The translations under genes were made by a program, and so were the position numbers. Below, piece after piece: positions 24,601-39,600 of a stretch of DNA of 64,000 bases. Numbering within the stretch: position 1 is the first letter of the stretch; each line of letters opens with the position of its first letter. The notes beneath the pieces are model-generated. The model saw nothing but the letters and a program-made list of their open reading frames with translations. It was not told the DNA's origin and did no database searches. Source of the stretch: Lingula anatina (Eukaryota > Animalia > Brachiopoda); assembly GCA_051362555.1 (NCBI GenBank), contig CM120640.1, positions 30,461,967 to 30,525,966 of the forward strand, given 5' to 3'.

Positions 24601-27600
24601 TGAAAATTACATTGAAAAGACTGGTAAATCCCAGGCCTTAAAATAATTAAACGTTAATAATTTTGTCAAATTTTGTCAAATTTTGTCCTATATTTCTGAA
24701 ATTTGTACAAATGATGCTTAACAAAAATAGAAATCTGTGATAAGCTGATCAAATGTCTGTATTGAATGAAAAGTGTTTTTTGGGACAACAAATTTGGGAA
24801 AACTGAAAATTACATTGAAAAGACTGGTAAATCCCAGGCCTTAAAATAGTTAAACGTTAATAATTTTGTCAAATTTTGTCCTATATTTCTGAAATTTGTA
24901 CAAATGATGCTTAACAAAAATAGAAATCTGTGATAAGCTGATCAAATGTCTGTATTGAATGAAAAGTGTTTTTTTGGGAGAACAAATTTGGGAAAACTGA
25001 AAATTACATTGAAAAGACTGGTAAATCCCAGGCCTTAAAATAGTTAAACGTTAATAATTTTGTCAAATTTTGTCCTATATTTCTGAAATTTGTACAAATG
25101 ATGCTTAACAAAAAAAGAAATCTGAGGAAAGCTGATCAGTTGTTTGTATTGAATGAAAAGTGTTTTTTAGGACAATATATTTGTGAAAACCAAAAATTAC
25201 ATTGAAAAGACTGGCAAAACCCAGACCTCAAATAGTTAAACGTTAATAATTTTGTCAAATCTGGTGGAATATTTCTGAAATTTGTACAAATGATGCTTAA
25301 CAATAATAAAAATCTGTGATAAGCTGATCAGTTATCTGAGTCTTTTCTTTTAAGTGTCAAGTGTATGGGAAATTGATCATCAGAAGAGTGAGAATTAACC
25401 AAAACAAATATTTCAATATTGCAATGTATTATTTACTCTGAAAGTAAACAGCAAATGTGATGATTTGAGGTTGTTTGTGTAAGAGGTTGCAAATTACCTA
25501 TAACTGTCATCTGGAAAACATTATATACCCATACAAGAGTTCTCCTTACTACCTCTGCAAGATGCAGATTAGTTCTTTCTGGAAGGGGTTGTTGTTATCA
25601 CAATACTCAACAAGGCCCTAAATCTTGCCAAATATCATGTATTGTACACATGGAGAAGACACAGTGCTGCTCTTGGTGGTATCTTTCACTAACTGCTTTT
25701 TAAGCTTTTTCATGGTGAGGGTACTCTGAAACAAGAACAATATAACTGAAAGGACTGAAAATTACATTTGAAAAGAATGACAAATTCGGTGACTTAATTA
25801 AAATAATTAAACGTTTATAATTTTGTCAAATCTGGTCCAATATTTCTGAAATTTGAACAAATGATGCTTAACAACAATAAAAATCAGTGATAAGCTGATC
25901 AGTTGTCTGTGTGTAATGAAAAGTGTTTTTTGGGACAACAAATTTGGGAAAACTGAAAATTACATTGAAACGACTGGCAAATCCCAGGCCTTAAAATAGT
26001 TAAACGTTAATAATTTTGTCAAATTTTGTCCTATATTCCTGAAATTTGTACACATGATGCTTAACAAAAATAGAAATCTGTGATAAGTTGACCAGTTGTC
26101 TGTATTGAATGAAAAGTGTTTTTTAGGACAATATATTTGCGAAAACCAAAAATTACATTGAAAAGACTGGGAATTCGCAGGACTTGAAATAGTTAAACGT
26201 TAATAATTTTGTCAAATCTGGTTCAATATATCTGCAATTTGTACAAATGATGCTTGACAACAATAAAAATTAGTGATAAGCTGATCAGTTGTCTGTGACT
26301 AATGAAAAATGTTTTTTTGGACAACATATTTGGGAAAACTGAAAATTACATTGAAAAGACTGGGAAAACCCAGACCTTAAAATAGTTAAACATTAATAAT
26401 TTTGTCAAATCTTGTGAAATATTTCTGAAATTTGTACAAATAATGCTTAACAACAATAAAAATCTGTGATAAGCTGATCAATTGTCTGTGTCTAATGAAA
26501 AGTGTTTTTTTGGACAACATATTTGGGAAAACTGAAAATTACATGAAAAAGACTGGGAATTTGCAGGACTTGAAATAGTTAAACATTAATAATTTTGTCT
26601 AATCTAGTCCAATATTTCTGAAATTTGTGCAAATGATGCTTAACTATAATTAAAATCTGTGAGAAGCTGATCAGTTGTCTGTGTGTAATGAAGAGTGTTT
26701 TTTGGGACAATATATTTGGGAAAACTGAAAATTACATTGAAAAGACTGGGAAAACCCAGACCTTAAAATAGTTAAACATTAATAATTTTGTCAAATCTTG
26801 TGAAATATATCTGAAATTTGTACAAATGATGCTTAACAACAATAAAAATCAGTGATAAGCTGATCAGTTGTCTGTATTGAATGAAAAGAGTTTTTTTGGA
26901 CAACATATTTGGGAAAACTGAAAATTACATTGAAAAGACTGGGAAAACCCAGAGCTTAAAAGAGTTAAACATTAATAATTTTGTCAAATCTTGTGGAAAA
27001 TTTCTGAAATTTGTACAAATAATGCTTAACAACAATAAAAATCTGTGATAAGCTGATCAGTTGTCTGTGTCTAATGAAAAGTGTTTTTTTGGACAACATA
27101 TTTGGGAAAACTGAAAATTACATGAAAAAGACTGGGAATTTGCAGGACTTGAAATAGTTAAACGTTAATAATTTTGTCTAATCTAGTCCAATATTTCTGA
27201 AATTTGTACAAATGATGCTTAACTATAATTAAAATCTGTGATAAGCTGATCAGTTGTTTGTGTGTAATGAAAAGTGTTTTTTGGGACAACAAATTTGGGA
27301 AAACTGAAAATTACATTGAAAAGACTGGCAAATCCCAGGCCTTAAAATAGTTAAACGTTAATAATTTTGTCAAATTTTGTCCTATGTTTCTGAAATTTGT
27401 ACAAATGATGCTTAACAACAATAGAAATCTGTGATAAGCTGATCAGTTGTCTGTATTGAATGAAAAGTGTTTTTTAGGACAATATATTTGGGAAAACCAA
27501 AAATTACATTGAAAAGACTGGGAATTCGCAGGACTTGAAATAGTTAAACGTTAATCATTTTGTCAAATCTAGTCCAATATTTATGAAATTTGTACAAATG

Positions 27601-30600
27601 ATGCTTAACAACAATAAAAATCTGTAATAAGCTGATCAGTTGTCTGTGTCTAATGAAAAGTTTTTTTTTTTGGGACAACATATTTGGGAAAACTGAAAAT
27701 TACATTGAAAAGACAAGCAAAACCCAGACCTTAAAATAGTTAAACATTAATAATTTTGTCAAATCTTGTGGAATATTTCTGAAATTTGTACAAATGATGC
27801 TTAACAGGTATAAAAGTCTGTGATAAGCTGATCAGCTGTCTGTGTGTAATGAAAAGTGTTTTTTGGGACAACATATTTGGGAAAACTGAAAATTACATTG
27901 AAAAGACTGGCAAAACCCAGACCTTAAAATAGTTAAACATTAATAATTTTGTCAAATCTTGTGGAATATTTCTGAAATTTGTACAAATAAAGCTTAACAA
28001 CAATAAAAGTGTGTGATAAGCTGATCAGCTGTCTGTGTGTAATGAAAAGTGTTTTTTGGGACAACATATTTGGGAAAACTGAATATTACATTGAAAAGAC
28101 TGGGAATTCGCAGGACTTGAAATAGTTAAACGTTAATAATTTTGTCAAATCTTGTCCTATATTTCTGAAATTTGTACAAATGATGCTTAACAACAATAGA
28201 AATCTGTGATAAGCTGATCAGTTGTCTGTATTGAATGAAAAGTGTTTTTTAGGACAATATATTTGCGAAAACCAAAAATTACATTGAAAATACTGGGAAT
28301 TCGCAGGACTTGAAATAGTTAAACGTTAATAATTTTGTCAAATCTGGTCCAATATTTCTGAAATTTGTACAAATGATGCTTAACAACAATAAAAATCTGT
28401 GATATGCTAAGCAGTTGTCTGTGTGTAATGAAAAGTGTTTTTTGGGACAACAAATTTGGGAAAACTGAAAATTACATTGAAAAGACTGGTAAATCCCAGG
28501 CCTTAAAATAGTTAAACGTTAATAATTTTGTCAAATTTTGTCCTATATTTCTGAAATTTGTACAAATGATGCTTAACAAAAATAGAAATCTGTGATAAGC
28601 TGATCAAATGTCTGTATTGAATGAAAAGTGTTTTTTGGGACAACAAATTTGGGAAAACTGAAAATTACATTGAAAAGACTGGTAAATCCCAGGCCTTAAA
28701 ATAGTTAAACGTTAATAATTTTGTCAAATTTTGTCCTATATTTCTGAAATTTGTACAAATGATGCTTAACAAAAAAAGAAATCTGAGGAAAGCTGATCAG
28801 TTGTTTGTATTGAATGAAAAGTGTTTTTTAGGACAATATATTTGTGAAAACCAAAAATTACATTGAAAAGACTGGCAAAACCCAGACCTCAAATAGTTAA
28901 ACGTTAATAATTTTGTCAAATCTGGTGGAATATTTCTGAAATTTGTACAAATGATGCTTAACAATAATAAAAATCTGTGATAAGCTGATCAGTTATCTGA
29001 GTCTTTTCTTTTAAGTGTCAAGTGTATGGGAAATTGATCATCAGAAGAGTGAGAATTAACCAAAACAAATATTTCAATATTGCAATGTATTATTTACTCT
29101 GAAAGTAAACAGCAAATGTGATGATTTGAGGTTGTTTGTGTAAGAGGTTGCAAATTACCTATAACTGTCATCTGGAAAACATTATATACCCATACAAGAG
29201 TTCTCCTTACTACCTCTGCAAGATGCAGATTAGTTCTTTCTGGAAGGGGTTGTTGTTATCACAATACTCAACAAGGCCCTAAATCTTGCCAAATATCATG
29301 TATTGTACACATGGAGAAGACACAGTGCTGCTCTTGGTGGTATCTTTCACTAACTGCTTTTTAAGCTTTTTCATGGTGAGGGTACTCTGAAACAAGAACA
29401 ATATAACTGAAAGGACTGAAAATTACATTTGAAAAGAATGACAAATTCGGTGACTTAATTAAAATAATTAAACGTTTATAATTTTGTCAAATCTGGTCCA
29501 ATATTTCTGAAATTTGAACAAATGATGCTTAACAACAATAAAAATCAGTGATAAGCTGATCAGTTGTCTGTGTGTAATGAAAAGTGTTTTTTGGGACAAC
29601 AAATTTGGGAAAACTGAAAATTACATTGAAACGACTGGCAAATCCCAGGCCTTAAAATAGTTAAACGTTAATAATTTTGTCAAATTTTGTCCTATATTCC
29701 TGAAATTTGTACACATGATGCTTAACAAAAATAGAAATCTGTGATAAGTTGACCAGTTGTCTGTATTGAATGAAAAGTGTTTTTTAGGACAATATATTTG
29801 CGAAAACCAAAAATTACATTGAAAAGACTGGGAATTCGCAGGACTTGAAATAGTTAAACGTTAATAATTTTGTCAAATCTGGTTCAATATATCTGCAATT
29901 TGTAAAACTGAAAATTACATTGAAAAGACTGGGAAAACCCAGACCTTAAAATAGTTAAACATTAATAATTTTGTCAAATCTTGTGAAATATTTCTGAAAT
30001 TTGTACAAATAATGCTTAACAACAATAAAAATCTGTGATAAGCTGATCAATTGTCTGTGTCTAATGAAAAGTGTTTTTTTGGACAACATATTTGGGAAAA
30101 CTGAAAATTACATGAAAAAGACTGGGAATTTGCAGGACTTGAAATAGTTAAACATTAATAATTTTGTCTAATCTAGTCCAATATTTCTGAAATTTGTGCA
30201 AATGATGCTTAACTATAATTAAAATCTGTGAGAAGCTGATCAGTTGTCTGTGTGTAATGAAGAGTGTTTTTTGGGACAATATATTTGGGAAAACTGAAAA
30301 TTACATTGAAAAGACTGGGAAAACCCAGACCTTAAAATAGTTAAACATTAATAATTTTGTCAAATCTTGTGAAATATTTCTGAAATTTGTACAAATGATG
30401 CTTAACAACAATAAAAATCAGTGATAAGCTGATCAGTTGTCTGTATTGAATGAAAAGAGTTTTTTTGGACAACATATTTGGGAAAACTGAAAATTACATT
30501 GAAAAGACTGGGAAAACCCAGAGCTTAAAAGAGTTAAACATTAATAATTTTGTCAAATCTTGTGGAAAATTTCTGAAATTTGTACAAATAATGCTTAACA

Positions 30601-33600
30601 ACAATAAAAATCTGTGATAAGCTGATCAGTTGTCTGTGTCTAATGAAAAGTGTTTTTTTGGACAACATATTTGGGAAAACTGAAAATTACATGAAAAAGA
30701 CTGGGAATTTGCAGGACTTGAAATAGTTAAACGTTAATAATTTTGTCTAATCTAGTCCAATATTTCTGAAATTTGTACAAATGATGCTTAACTATAATTA
30801 AAATCTGTGATAAGCTGATCAGTTGTTTGTGTGTAATGAAAAGTGTTTTTTGGGACAACAAATTTGGGAAAACTGAAAATTACATTGAAAAGACTGGCAA
30901 ATCCCAGGCCTTAAAATAGTTAAACGTTAATAATTTTGTCAAATTTTGTCCTATGTTTCTGAAATTTGTACAAATGATGCTTAACAACAATAGAAATCTG
31001 TGATAAGCTGATCAGTTGTCTGTATTGAATGAAAAGTGTTTTTTAGGACAATATATTTGGGAAAACCAAAAATTACATTGAAAAGACTGGGAATTCGCAG
31101 GACTTGAAATAGTTAAACGTTAATCATTTTGTCAAATCTAGTCCAATATTTATGAAATTTGTACAAATGATGCTTAACAACAATAAAAATCTGTAATAAG
31201 CTGATCAGTTGTCTGTGTCTAATGAAAAGTTTTTTTTTTGAGACAACATATTTGGGAAAACTGAAAATTACATTGAAAAGACAAGCAAAACCCAGACCTA
31301 AAAATAGTTAAACATTAATAATTTTGTCAAATCTTGTGGAATATTTCTGAAATTTGTACAAATGATGCTTAACAGGAATAAAAATCTGTGATAAGCTGAT
31401 CAGTTGTCAGTTTCTTATGAAAAGTTTTTTAGGACAATATATTTGCGAAAAACCAAAAATTACATTGAAAAGACTGGCAAATCCCAGGCCTCAAAATAGT
31501 TAAATGTTAATAATTTTGTCAAATCTAGTCCAATATTTCTGAAATTTGTACAAATAATGCTTAACAACAATAAAAGTCTGTGATAAGCTGATCAGCTGTC
31601 TGTGTGTAATGAAAAGTGTTTTTTGGGACAACATATTTGGGAAAACTGAAAATTACATTGAAAAGACTGGCAAAACCCAGACCTTAAAATAGTTAAACAT
31701 TAATAATTTTGTCAAATCTTGTGGAATATTTCTGAAATTTGTACAAATAAAGCTTAACAACAATAAAAGTGTGTGATAAGCTGATCAGCTGTCTGTGTGT
31801 AATGAAAAGTGTTTTTTGGGACAACATATTTGGGAAAACTGAATATTACATTGAAAAGACTGGGAATTCGCAGGACTTGAAATAGTTAAACGTTAATAAT
31901 TTTGTCAAATCTTGTCCTATATTTCTGAAATTTGTACAAATGATGCTTAACAACAATAGAAATCTGTGATAAGCTGATCAGTTGTCTGTATTGAATGAAA
32001 AGTGTTTTTTAGGACAATATATTTGCGAAAACCAAAAATTACATTGAAAATACTGGGAATTCGCAGGACTTGAAATAGTTAAACGTTAATAATTTTGTCA
32101 AATCTGGTCCAATATTTCTGAAATTTGTACAAATGATGCTTAACAACAATAAAAATCTGTGATATGCTAAGCAGTTGTCTGTGTGTAATGAAAAGTGTTT
32201 TTTGGGACAACAAATTTGGGAAAACTGAAAATTACATTGAAAAGACTGGTAAATCCCAGGCCTTAAAATAGTTAAACGTTAATAATTTTGTCAAATTTTG
32301 TCCTATATTTCTGAAATTTGTACAAATGATGCTTAACAAAAATAGAAATCTGTGATAAGCTGATCAAATGTCTGTATTGAATGAAAAGTGTTTTTTGGGA
32401 CAACAAATTTGGGAAAACTGAAAATTACATTGAAAAGACTGGTAAATCCCAGGCCTTAAAATAGTTAAACGTTAATAATTTTGTCAAATTTTGTCCTATA
32501 TTTCTGAAATTTGTACAAATGATGCTTAACAAAAAAAGAAATCTGAGGAAAGCTGATCAGTTGTTTGTATTGAATGAAAAGTGTTTTTTAGGACAATATA
32601 TTTGTGAAAACCAAAAATTACATTGAAAAGACTGGCAAAACCCAGACCTCAAATAGTTAAACGTTAATAATTTTGTCAAATCTGGTGGAATATTTCTGAA
32701 ATTTGTACAAATGATGCTTAACAATAATAAAAATCTGTGATAAGCTGATCAGTTATCTGAGTCTTTTCTTTTAAGTGTCAAGTGTATGGGAAATTGATCA
32801 TCAGAAGAGTGAGAATTAACCAAAACAAATATTTCAATATTGCAATGTATTATTTACTCTGAAAGTAAACAGCAAATGTGATGATTTGAGGTTGTTTGTG
32901 TAAGAGGTTGCAAATTACCTATAACTGTCATCTGGAAAACATTATATACCCATACAAGAGTTCTCCTTACTACCTCTGCAAGATGCAGATTAGTTCTTTC
33001 TGGAAGAGGTTGTTGTTATCACAATACTCAACAAGGCCCTAAATCTTGCCAAATATCATGTATTGTACACATGGAGAAGACACAGTGCTGCTCTTGGTGG
33101 TATCTTTCACTAACTGCTTTTTAAGCTTTTTCATGGTGAGGGTACTCTGAAACAAGAACAATATAACTGAAAGGACTGAAAATTACATTTGAAAAGAATG
33201 ACAAATTCGGTGACTTAATTAAAATAATTAAACGTTTATAATTTTGTCAAATCTGGTCCAATATTTCTGAAATTTGAACAAATGATGCTTAACAACAATA
33301 AAAATCAGTGATAAGCTGATCAGTTGTCTGTGTGTAATGAAAAGTGTTTTTTGGGACAACAAATTTGGGAAAACTGAAAATTACATTGAAACGACTGGCA
33401 AATCCCAGGCCTTAAAATAGTTAAACGTTAATAATTTTGTCAAATTTTGTCCTATATTCCTGAAATTTGTACACATGATGCTTAACAAAAATAGAAATCT
33501 GTGATAAGTTGACCAGTTGTCTGTATTGAATGAAAAGTGTTTTTTAGGACAATATATTTGCGAAAACCAAAAATTACATTGAAAAGACTGGGAATTCGCA

Positions 33601-36600
33601 GGACTTGAAATAGTTAAACGTTAATAATTTTGTCAAATCTGGTTCAATATATCTGCAATTTGTACAAATGATGCTTGACAACAATAAAAATTAGTGATAA
33701 GCTGATCAGTTGTCTGTGACTAATGAAAAATGTTTTTTTGGACAACATATTTGGGAAAACTGAAAATTACATTGAAAAGACTGGGAAAACCCAGACCTTA
33801 AAATAGTTAAACATTAATAATTTTGTCAAATCTTGTGAAATATTTCTGAAATTTGTACAAATAATGCTTAACAACAATAAAAATCTGTGATAAGCTGATC
33901 AATTGTCTGTGTCTAATGAAAAGTGTTTTTTTGGACAATATATTTGGGAAAACTGAAAATTACATGAAAAAGACTGGGAATTTGCAGGACTTGAAATAGT
34001 TAAACATTAATAATTTTGTCTAATCTAGTCCAATATTTCTGAAATTTGTGCAAATGATGCTTAACTATAATTAAAATCTGTGAGAAGCTGATCAGTTGTC
34101 TGTGTGTAATGAAGAGTGTTTTTTGGGACAATATATTTGGGAAAACTGAAAATTACATTGAAAAGACTGGGAAAACCCAGACCTTAAAATAGTTAAACAT
34201 TAATAATTTTGTCAAATCTTGTGAAATATATCTGAAATTTGTACAAATGATGCTTAACAACAATAAAAATCAGTGATAAGCTGATCAGTTGTCTGTATTG
34301 AATGAAAAGAGTTTTTTTGGACAACATATTTGGGAAAACTGAAAATTACATTGAAAAGACTGGGAAAACCCAGAGCTTAAAAGAGTTAAACATTAATAAT
34401 TTTGTCAAATCTTGTGGAAAATTTCTGAAATTTGTACAAATAATGCTTAACAACAATAAAAATCTGTGATAAGCTGATCAGTTGTCTGTGTCTAATGAAA
34501 AGTGTTTTTTTGGACAACATATTTGGGAAAACTGAAAATTACATGAAAAAGACTGGGAATTTGCAGGACTTGAAATAGTTAAACGTTAATAATTTTGTCT
34601 AATCTAGTCCAATATTTCTGAAATTTGTACAAATGATGCTTAACTATAATTAAAATCTGTGATAAGCTGATCAGTTGTTTGTGTGTAATGAAAAGTGTTT
34701 TTTGGGACAACAAATTTGGGAAAACTGAAAATTACATTGAAAAGACTGGCAAATCCCAGGCCTTAAAATAGTTAAACGTTAATAATTTTGTCAAATTTTG
34801 TCCTATGTTTCTGAAATTTGTACAAATGATGCTTAACAACAATAGAAATCTGTGATAAGCTGATCAGTTGTCTGTATTGAATGAAAAGTGTTTTTTAGGA
34901 CAATATATTTGGGAAAACCAAAAATTACATTGAAAAGACTGGGAATTCGCAGGACTTGAAATAGTTAAACGTTAATCATTTTGTCAAATCTAGTCCAATA
35001 TTTATGAAATTTGTACAAATGATGCTTAACAACAATAAAAATCTGTGATAAGCTGATCAGTTGTCTGTGTCTAATGAAAAGTTTTTTTTTTGGGACAACA
35101 TATTTGGGAAAACTGAAAATTACATTGAAAAGACAAGCAAAACCCAGACCTTAAAATAGTTAAACATTAATAATTTTGTCAAATCTTGTGGAATATTTCT
35201 AAAATTTGTACAAATGATGCTTAACAGGAATAAAAATCTGTGATAAGCTGATCAGTTGTCAGTTTCTTATGAAAAGTTTTTTAGGACAATATATTTGCGA
35301 AAAACCAAAAATTACATTGAAAAGACTGGCAAATCCCAGGCCTCAAAATAGTTAAATGTTAATAATTTTGTCAAATCTAGTCCAATATTTCTGAAATTTG
35401 TACAAATAATGCTTAACAACAATAAAAGTCTGTGATAAGCTGATCAGCTGTCTGTGTGTAATGAAAAGTGTTTTTTGGGACAACATATTTGGGAAAACTG
35501 AAAATTACATTGAAAAGACTGGCAAAACCCAGACCTTAAAATAGTTAAACATTAATAATTTTGTCAAATCTTGTGGAATATTTCTGAAATTTGTACAAAT
35601 AAAGCTTAACAACAATAAAAGTGTGTGATAAGCTGATCAGCTGTCTGTGTGTAATGAAAAGTGTTTTTTGGGACAACATATTTGGGAAAACTGAATATAA
35701 CATTGAAAAGACTGGGAATTCGCAGGACTTGAAATAGTTAAACGTTAATAATTTTGTCAAATCTTGTCCTATATTTCTGAAATTTGTACAAATGATGCTT
35801 AACAACAATAGAAATCTGTGATAAGCTGATCAGTTGTCTGTATTGAATGAAAAGTGTTTTTTAGGACAATATATTTGCGAAAACCAAAAATTACATTGAA
35901 AATACTGGGAATTCGCAGGACTTGAAATAGTTAAACGTTAATAATTTTGTCAAATCTGGTCCAATATTTCTGAAATTTGTACAAATGATGCTTAACAACA
36001 ATAAAAATCTGTGATATGCTAAGCAGTTGTCTGTGTGTAATGAAAAGTGTTTTTTGGGACAACAAATTTGGGAAAACTGAAAATCACATTGAAAAGACTG
36101 GTAAATCCCAGGCCTTAAATAGTTAAACGTTAATAATTTTGTCAAATTTTGTCCTATATTTCTGAAATTTGTACAAATGATGCTTAACAAAAATAGAAAT
36201 CTGTGATAAGCTGATCAAATGTCTGTATTGAATGAAAAGTGTTTTTTGGGACAACAAATTTGGGAAAACTGAAAATTACATTGAAAAGACTGGTAAATCC
36301 CAGGCCTTAAAATAGTTAAACGTTAATAATTTTGTCAAATTTTGTCCTATATTTCTGAAATTTGTACAAATGATGCTTAACAAAAAAAGAAATCTGAGAA
36401 AAGCTGATCAGTTGTTTGTATTGAATGAAAAGTGTTTTTTAGGACAATATATTTGTGAAAACCAAAAATTACATTGAAAAGACTGGCAAAACCCAGACCT
36501 CAAATAGTTAAACGTTAATAATTTTGTCAAATCTGGTGGAATATTTCTGAAATTTGTACAAATGATGCTTAACAATAATAAAAATCTGTGATAAGCTGAT

Positions 36601-36602
36601 CA
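21661..36602. repeat. four tandem higher-order repeats of ~3.66-3.85 kb (insert unit plus 16-17 monomers)
   Basis: Insert spacings are 3670, 3661, 3760 and 3851 bp. The order of diagnostic monomer variants (acgactggc, gttgaccag, cagagcttaaaagag, gacaagcaaaa, tgaggaaagc or tgagaaaagc) is the same in each. Confidence 0.85.
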
Positions 36603-39600
36603 GTTATCTGAGTCTTTTCTTTTAAGTGTCAAGTGTATGGGAAATTGATCATCAGAAGAGTGAGAATTAACCAAAACAAATATTTCAATATTGCAATGTA
36701 TTATTTACTCTGAAAGTAAACAGCAAATGTGATGATTTGAGGTTGTTTGTGTAAGAGGTTGCAAATTACCTATAACTGTCATCTGGAAAACAATATATAC
36801 CCATACAAGAGTTCTCCTTACTACCTCTGCAAGATGCAGATTAGTCCTTTCTGGAAGGGGTTGTTGTTATCACAATACTCAACAAGGCCCTAAATCTTGC
36901 CAAATATCATGTATTGTACACATGGAGAAGACACAGTGCTACTCTTTGTGGTATCTTTCACTAACTGCTTTTTAAGCTTTTTCATGGTGAGGGTACTCTG
37001 AAACAAGAACAATATAACTGAAAGGACTGAAAATTACATTTGAAAAGAAAGACAAATTTGGTGACTTAATTAAAATAATTAAACGTTAATAATTTTGTCA
37101 AATCTGGTCCTATATTTCTGACATTTGTACAAATGATGCTTAACAACAATAGAAATCTGTGATAAGCTGATCAGTTGTCTGTATTGAATGAAAAGTGTTT
37201 TTTAGGACAATATATTTGCGAAAACCAAAAATTACATTGAAAATACTGGGAATTCGCAGGACTTGAAATAGTTAAACGTTAATAATTTTGTCAAATCTGG
37301 TCCAATATTTCTGAAATTTGTACAAATGATGCTTAACAACAATAAAAATCTGTGATATGCTAAGCAGTTGTCTGTGTGTAATGAAAAGTGTTTTTTGGGA
37401 CAACAAATTTGGGAAAACTGAAAATTACATTGAAAAGACTGGTAAATCCCAGGCCTTAAAATAGTTAAACGTTAATAATTTTGTCAAATTTTGTCCTATA
37501 TTTCTGAAATTTGTACAAATGATGCTTAACAAAAATAGAAATCTGTGATAAGCTGATCAAATGTCTGTATTGAATGAAAAGTGTTTTTTGGGACAACAAA
37601 TTTGGGAAAACTGAAAATTACATTGAAAAGACTGGTAAATCCCAGACCTCAAATAGTTAAACGTTAATAATTTTGTCAAATCTGGTGGAATATTTCTGAA
37701 ATTTGTACAAATGATGCTTAACAATAATAAAAATCTGTGATAAGCTGATCAGTTATCTGAGTCTTTTCTTTTAAGTGTCAAGTGTATGGGAAATTGATCA
37801 TCAGAAGAGTGAGAATTAACCAAAACAAATATTTCAATATTGCAATGTATTATTTACTCTGAAAGTAAACAGCAAATGTGATGATTTGAGGTTGTTTGTG
37901 TAAGAGGTTGCAAATTACCTATAACTGTCATCTGGAAAACAATATATACCCATACAAGAGTTCTCATTACTACCTCTGCAAGATGCAGATTAGTCCTTTC
38001 TGGAAGGGGTTGTTGTTATCACAATACTCAACAAGGCCCTAAATCTTGCCAAATATCATGTATTGTACACATGGAGAAGACACAGTGCTACTCTTTGTGG
38101 TATCTTTCACTAACTGCTTTTTAAGCTTTTTCATGGTGAGGGTACTCTGAAACAAGAACAATATAACTGAAAGGACTGAAAATTACATTTGAAAAGAAAG
38201 ACAAATTTGGTGACTTAATTAAAATAATTAAACGTTAATAATTTTGTCAAATCTGGTCCAATATTTCTGAAATTTGAACAAATGATGCTTAACAACTATA
38301 AAAATCAGTGATAAGCTGATCAGTTGTCTGTGTCTAATGAAAAGTGTTTTTTTGGACGACATATTTGGGAAAACTGAAAATTACATTGAAAAGACTGGCA
38401 AAACCCAGACCTTAAAATAGTTAAACATTAATAATTTTGTCAAATCTTGTGGAATATTCCTGAAATTTGTACAAATGATGCTTAACAATAATAAAAATCT
38501 GTGATAAGCTGATCAGTTGTCTGTTTCTAATGAAAAGTTTTTTTTTAGGACAATATATTTGCAAAAACCAAAAATTACATTGAAAATACTGGGAATTCGC
38601 AGGACTTGAAATAGTTAAACGTTAATAATTTTGTCAAATCTTGTCTTATATTTCTGAAATTTGTACAAATGATGCTTAACAACAATAGAAATCTGTGATA
38701 AGCTGATCAAATGTCTGTATTGAATGAAAAGTGTTTTTTGGGACAACAAATTTGGGAAAACTGAAAATTACATTGAAAAGACTGGTAAATCCCAGGCCTT
38801 AAAATAGTTAAACGTTAATAATTTTGTCAAATTTTGTCCTATATTTCTGAAATTTGTACAAATGATGCTTAACAAAAATAGAAATCTGAGAAAAGCTGAT
38901 CAGTTGTTTGTATTGAATGAAAAGTGTTTTTTAGGACAATATATTTGTGAAAACCAAAAATTACATTGAAAAGACTGGCAAAACCCAGACCTCAAATAGT
39001 TAAACATTAATAATTTTGTCAAATCTGCTGGAATATTTCTGAAATTTGTACAAATGATGCTTAACAATAATAAAAATCTGTGATAAGCTGATCAGTTATC
39101 TGAGTCTTTTCTTTTAAGTGTCAAGTGTATGGAAAATTGATCATCAGAAGAGTGAGAATTAACCAAAACAAATATTTCAATATTGCAATGTATTATTTAC
39201 TCTGAAAGTAAACAGCAAATGTGATGATTTGAGGTTGTTTGTGTAAGAGGTTGCAAATTACCTATAACTGTCATCTGGAAAACAATATATACCATACAAG
39301 AGTTCTCCTTACTACCTCTGCAAGATGCAGATTAGTCCTTTCTGGAAGGGGTTGTTGTTATCACAATACTCAACAAGGCCCTAAATCTTGCCAAATATCA
39401 TGTATTGTACACATGGAGAAGACACAGTGCTACTCTTGGTGGTATCTTTCACTAACTGCTTTTTAAGCTTTTTCATGGTGAGGGTACTCTGAAACAAGAA
39501 CAATATAACTGAAAGGACTGAAAATTACATTTGAAAAGAAAGACAAATTCGGTGACTTAATTAAAATAATTAAACGTTAATAATTTTGTCAAATCTGGTC

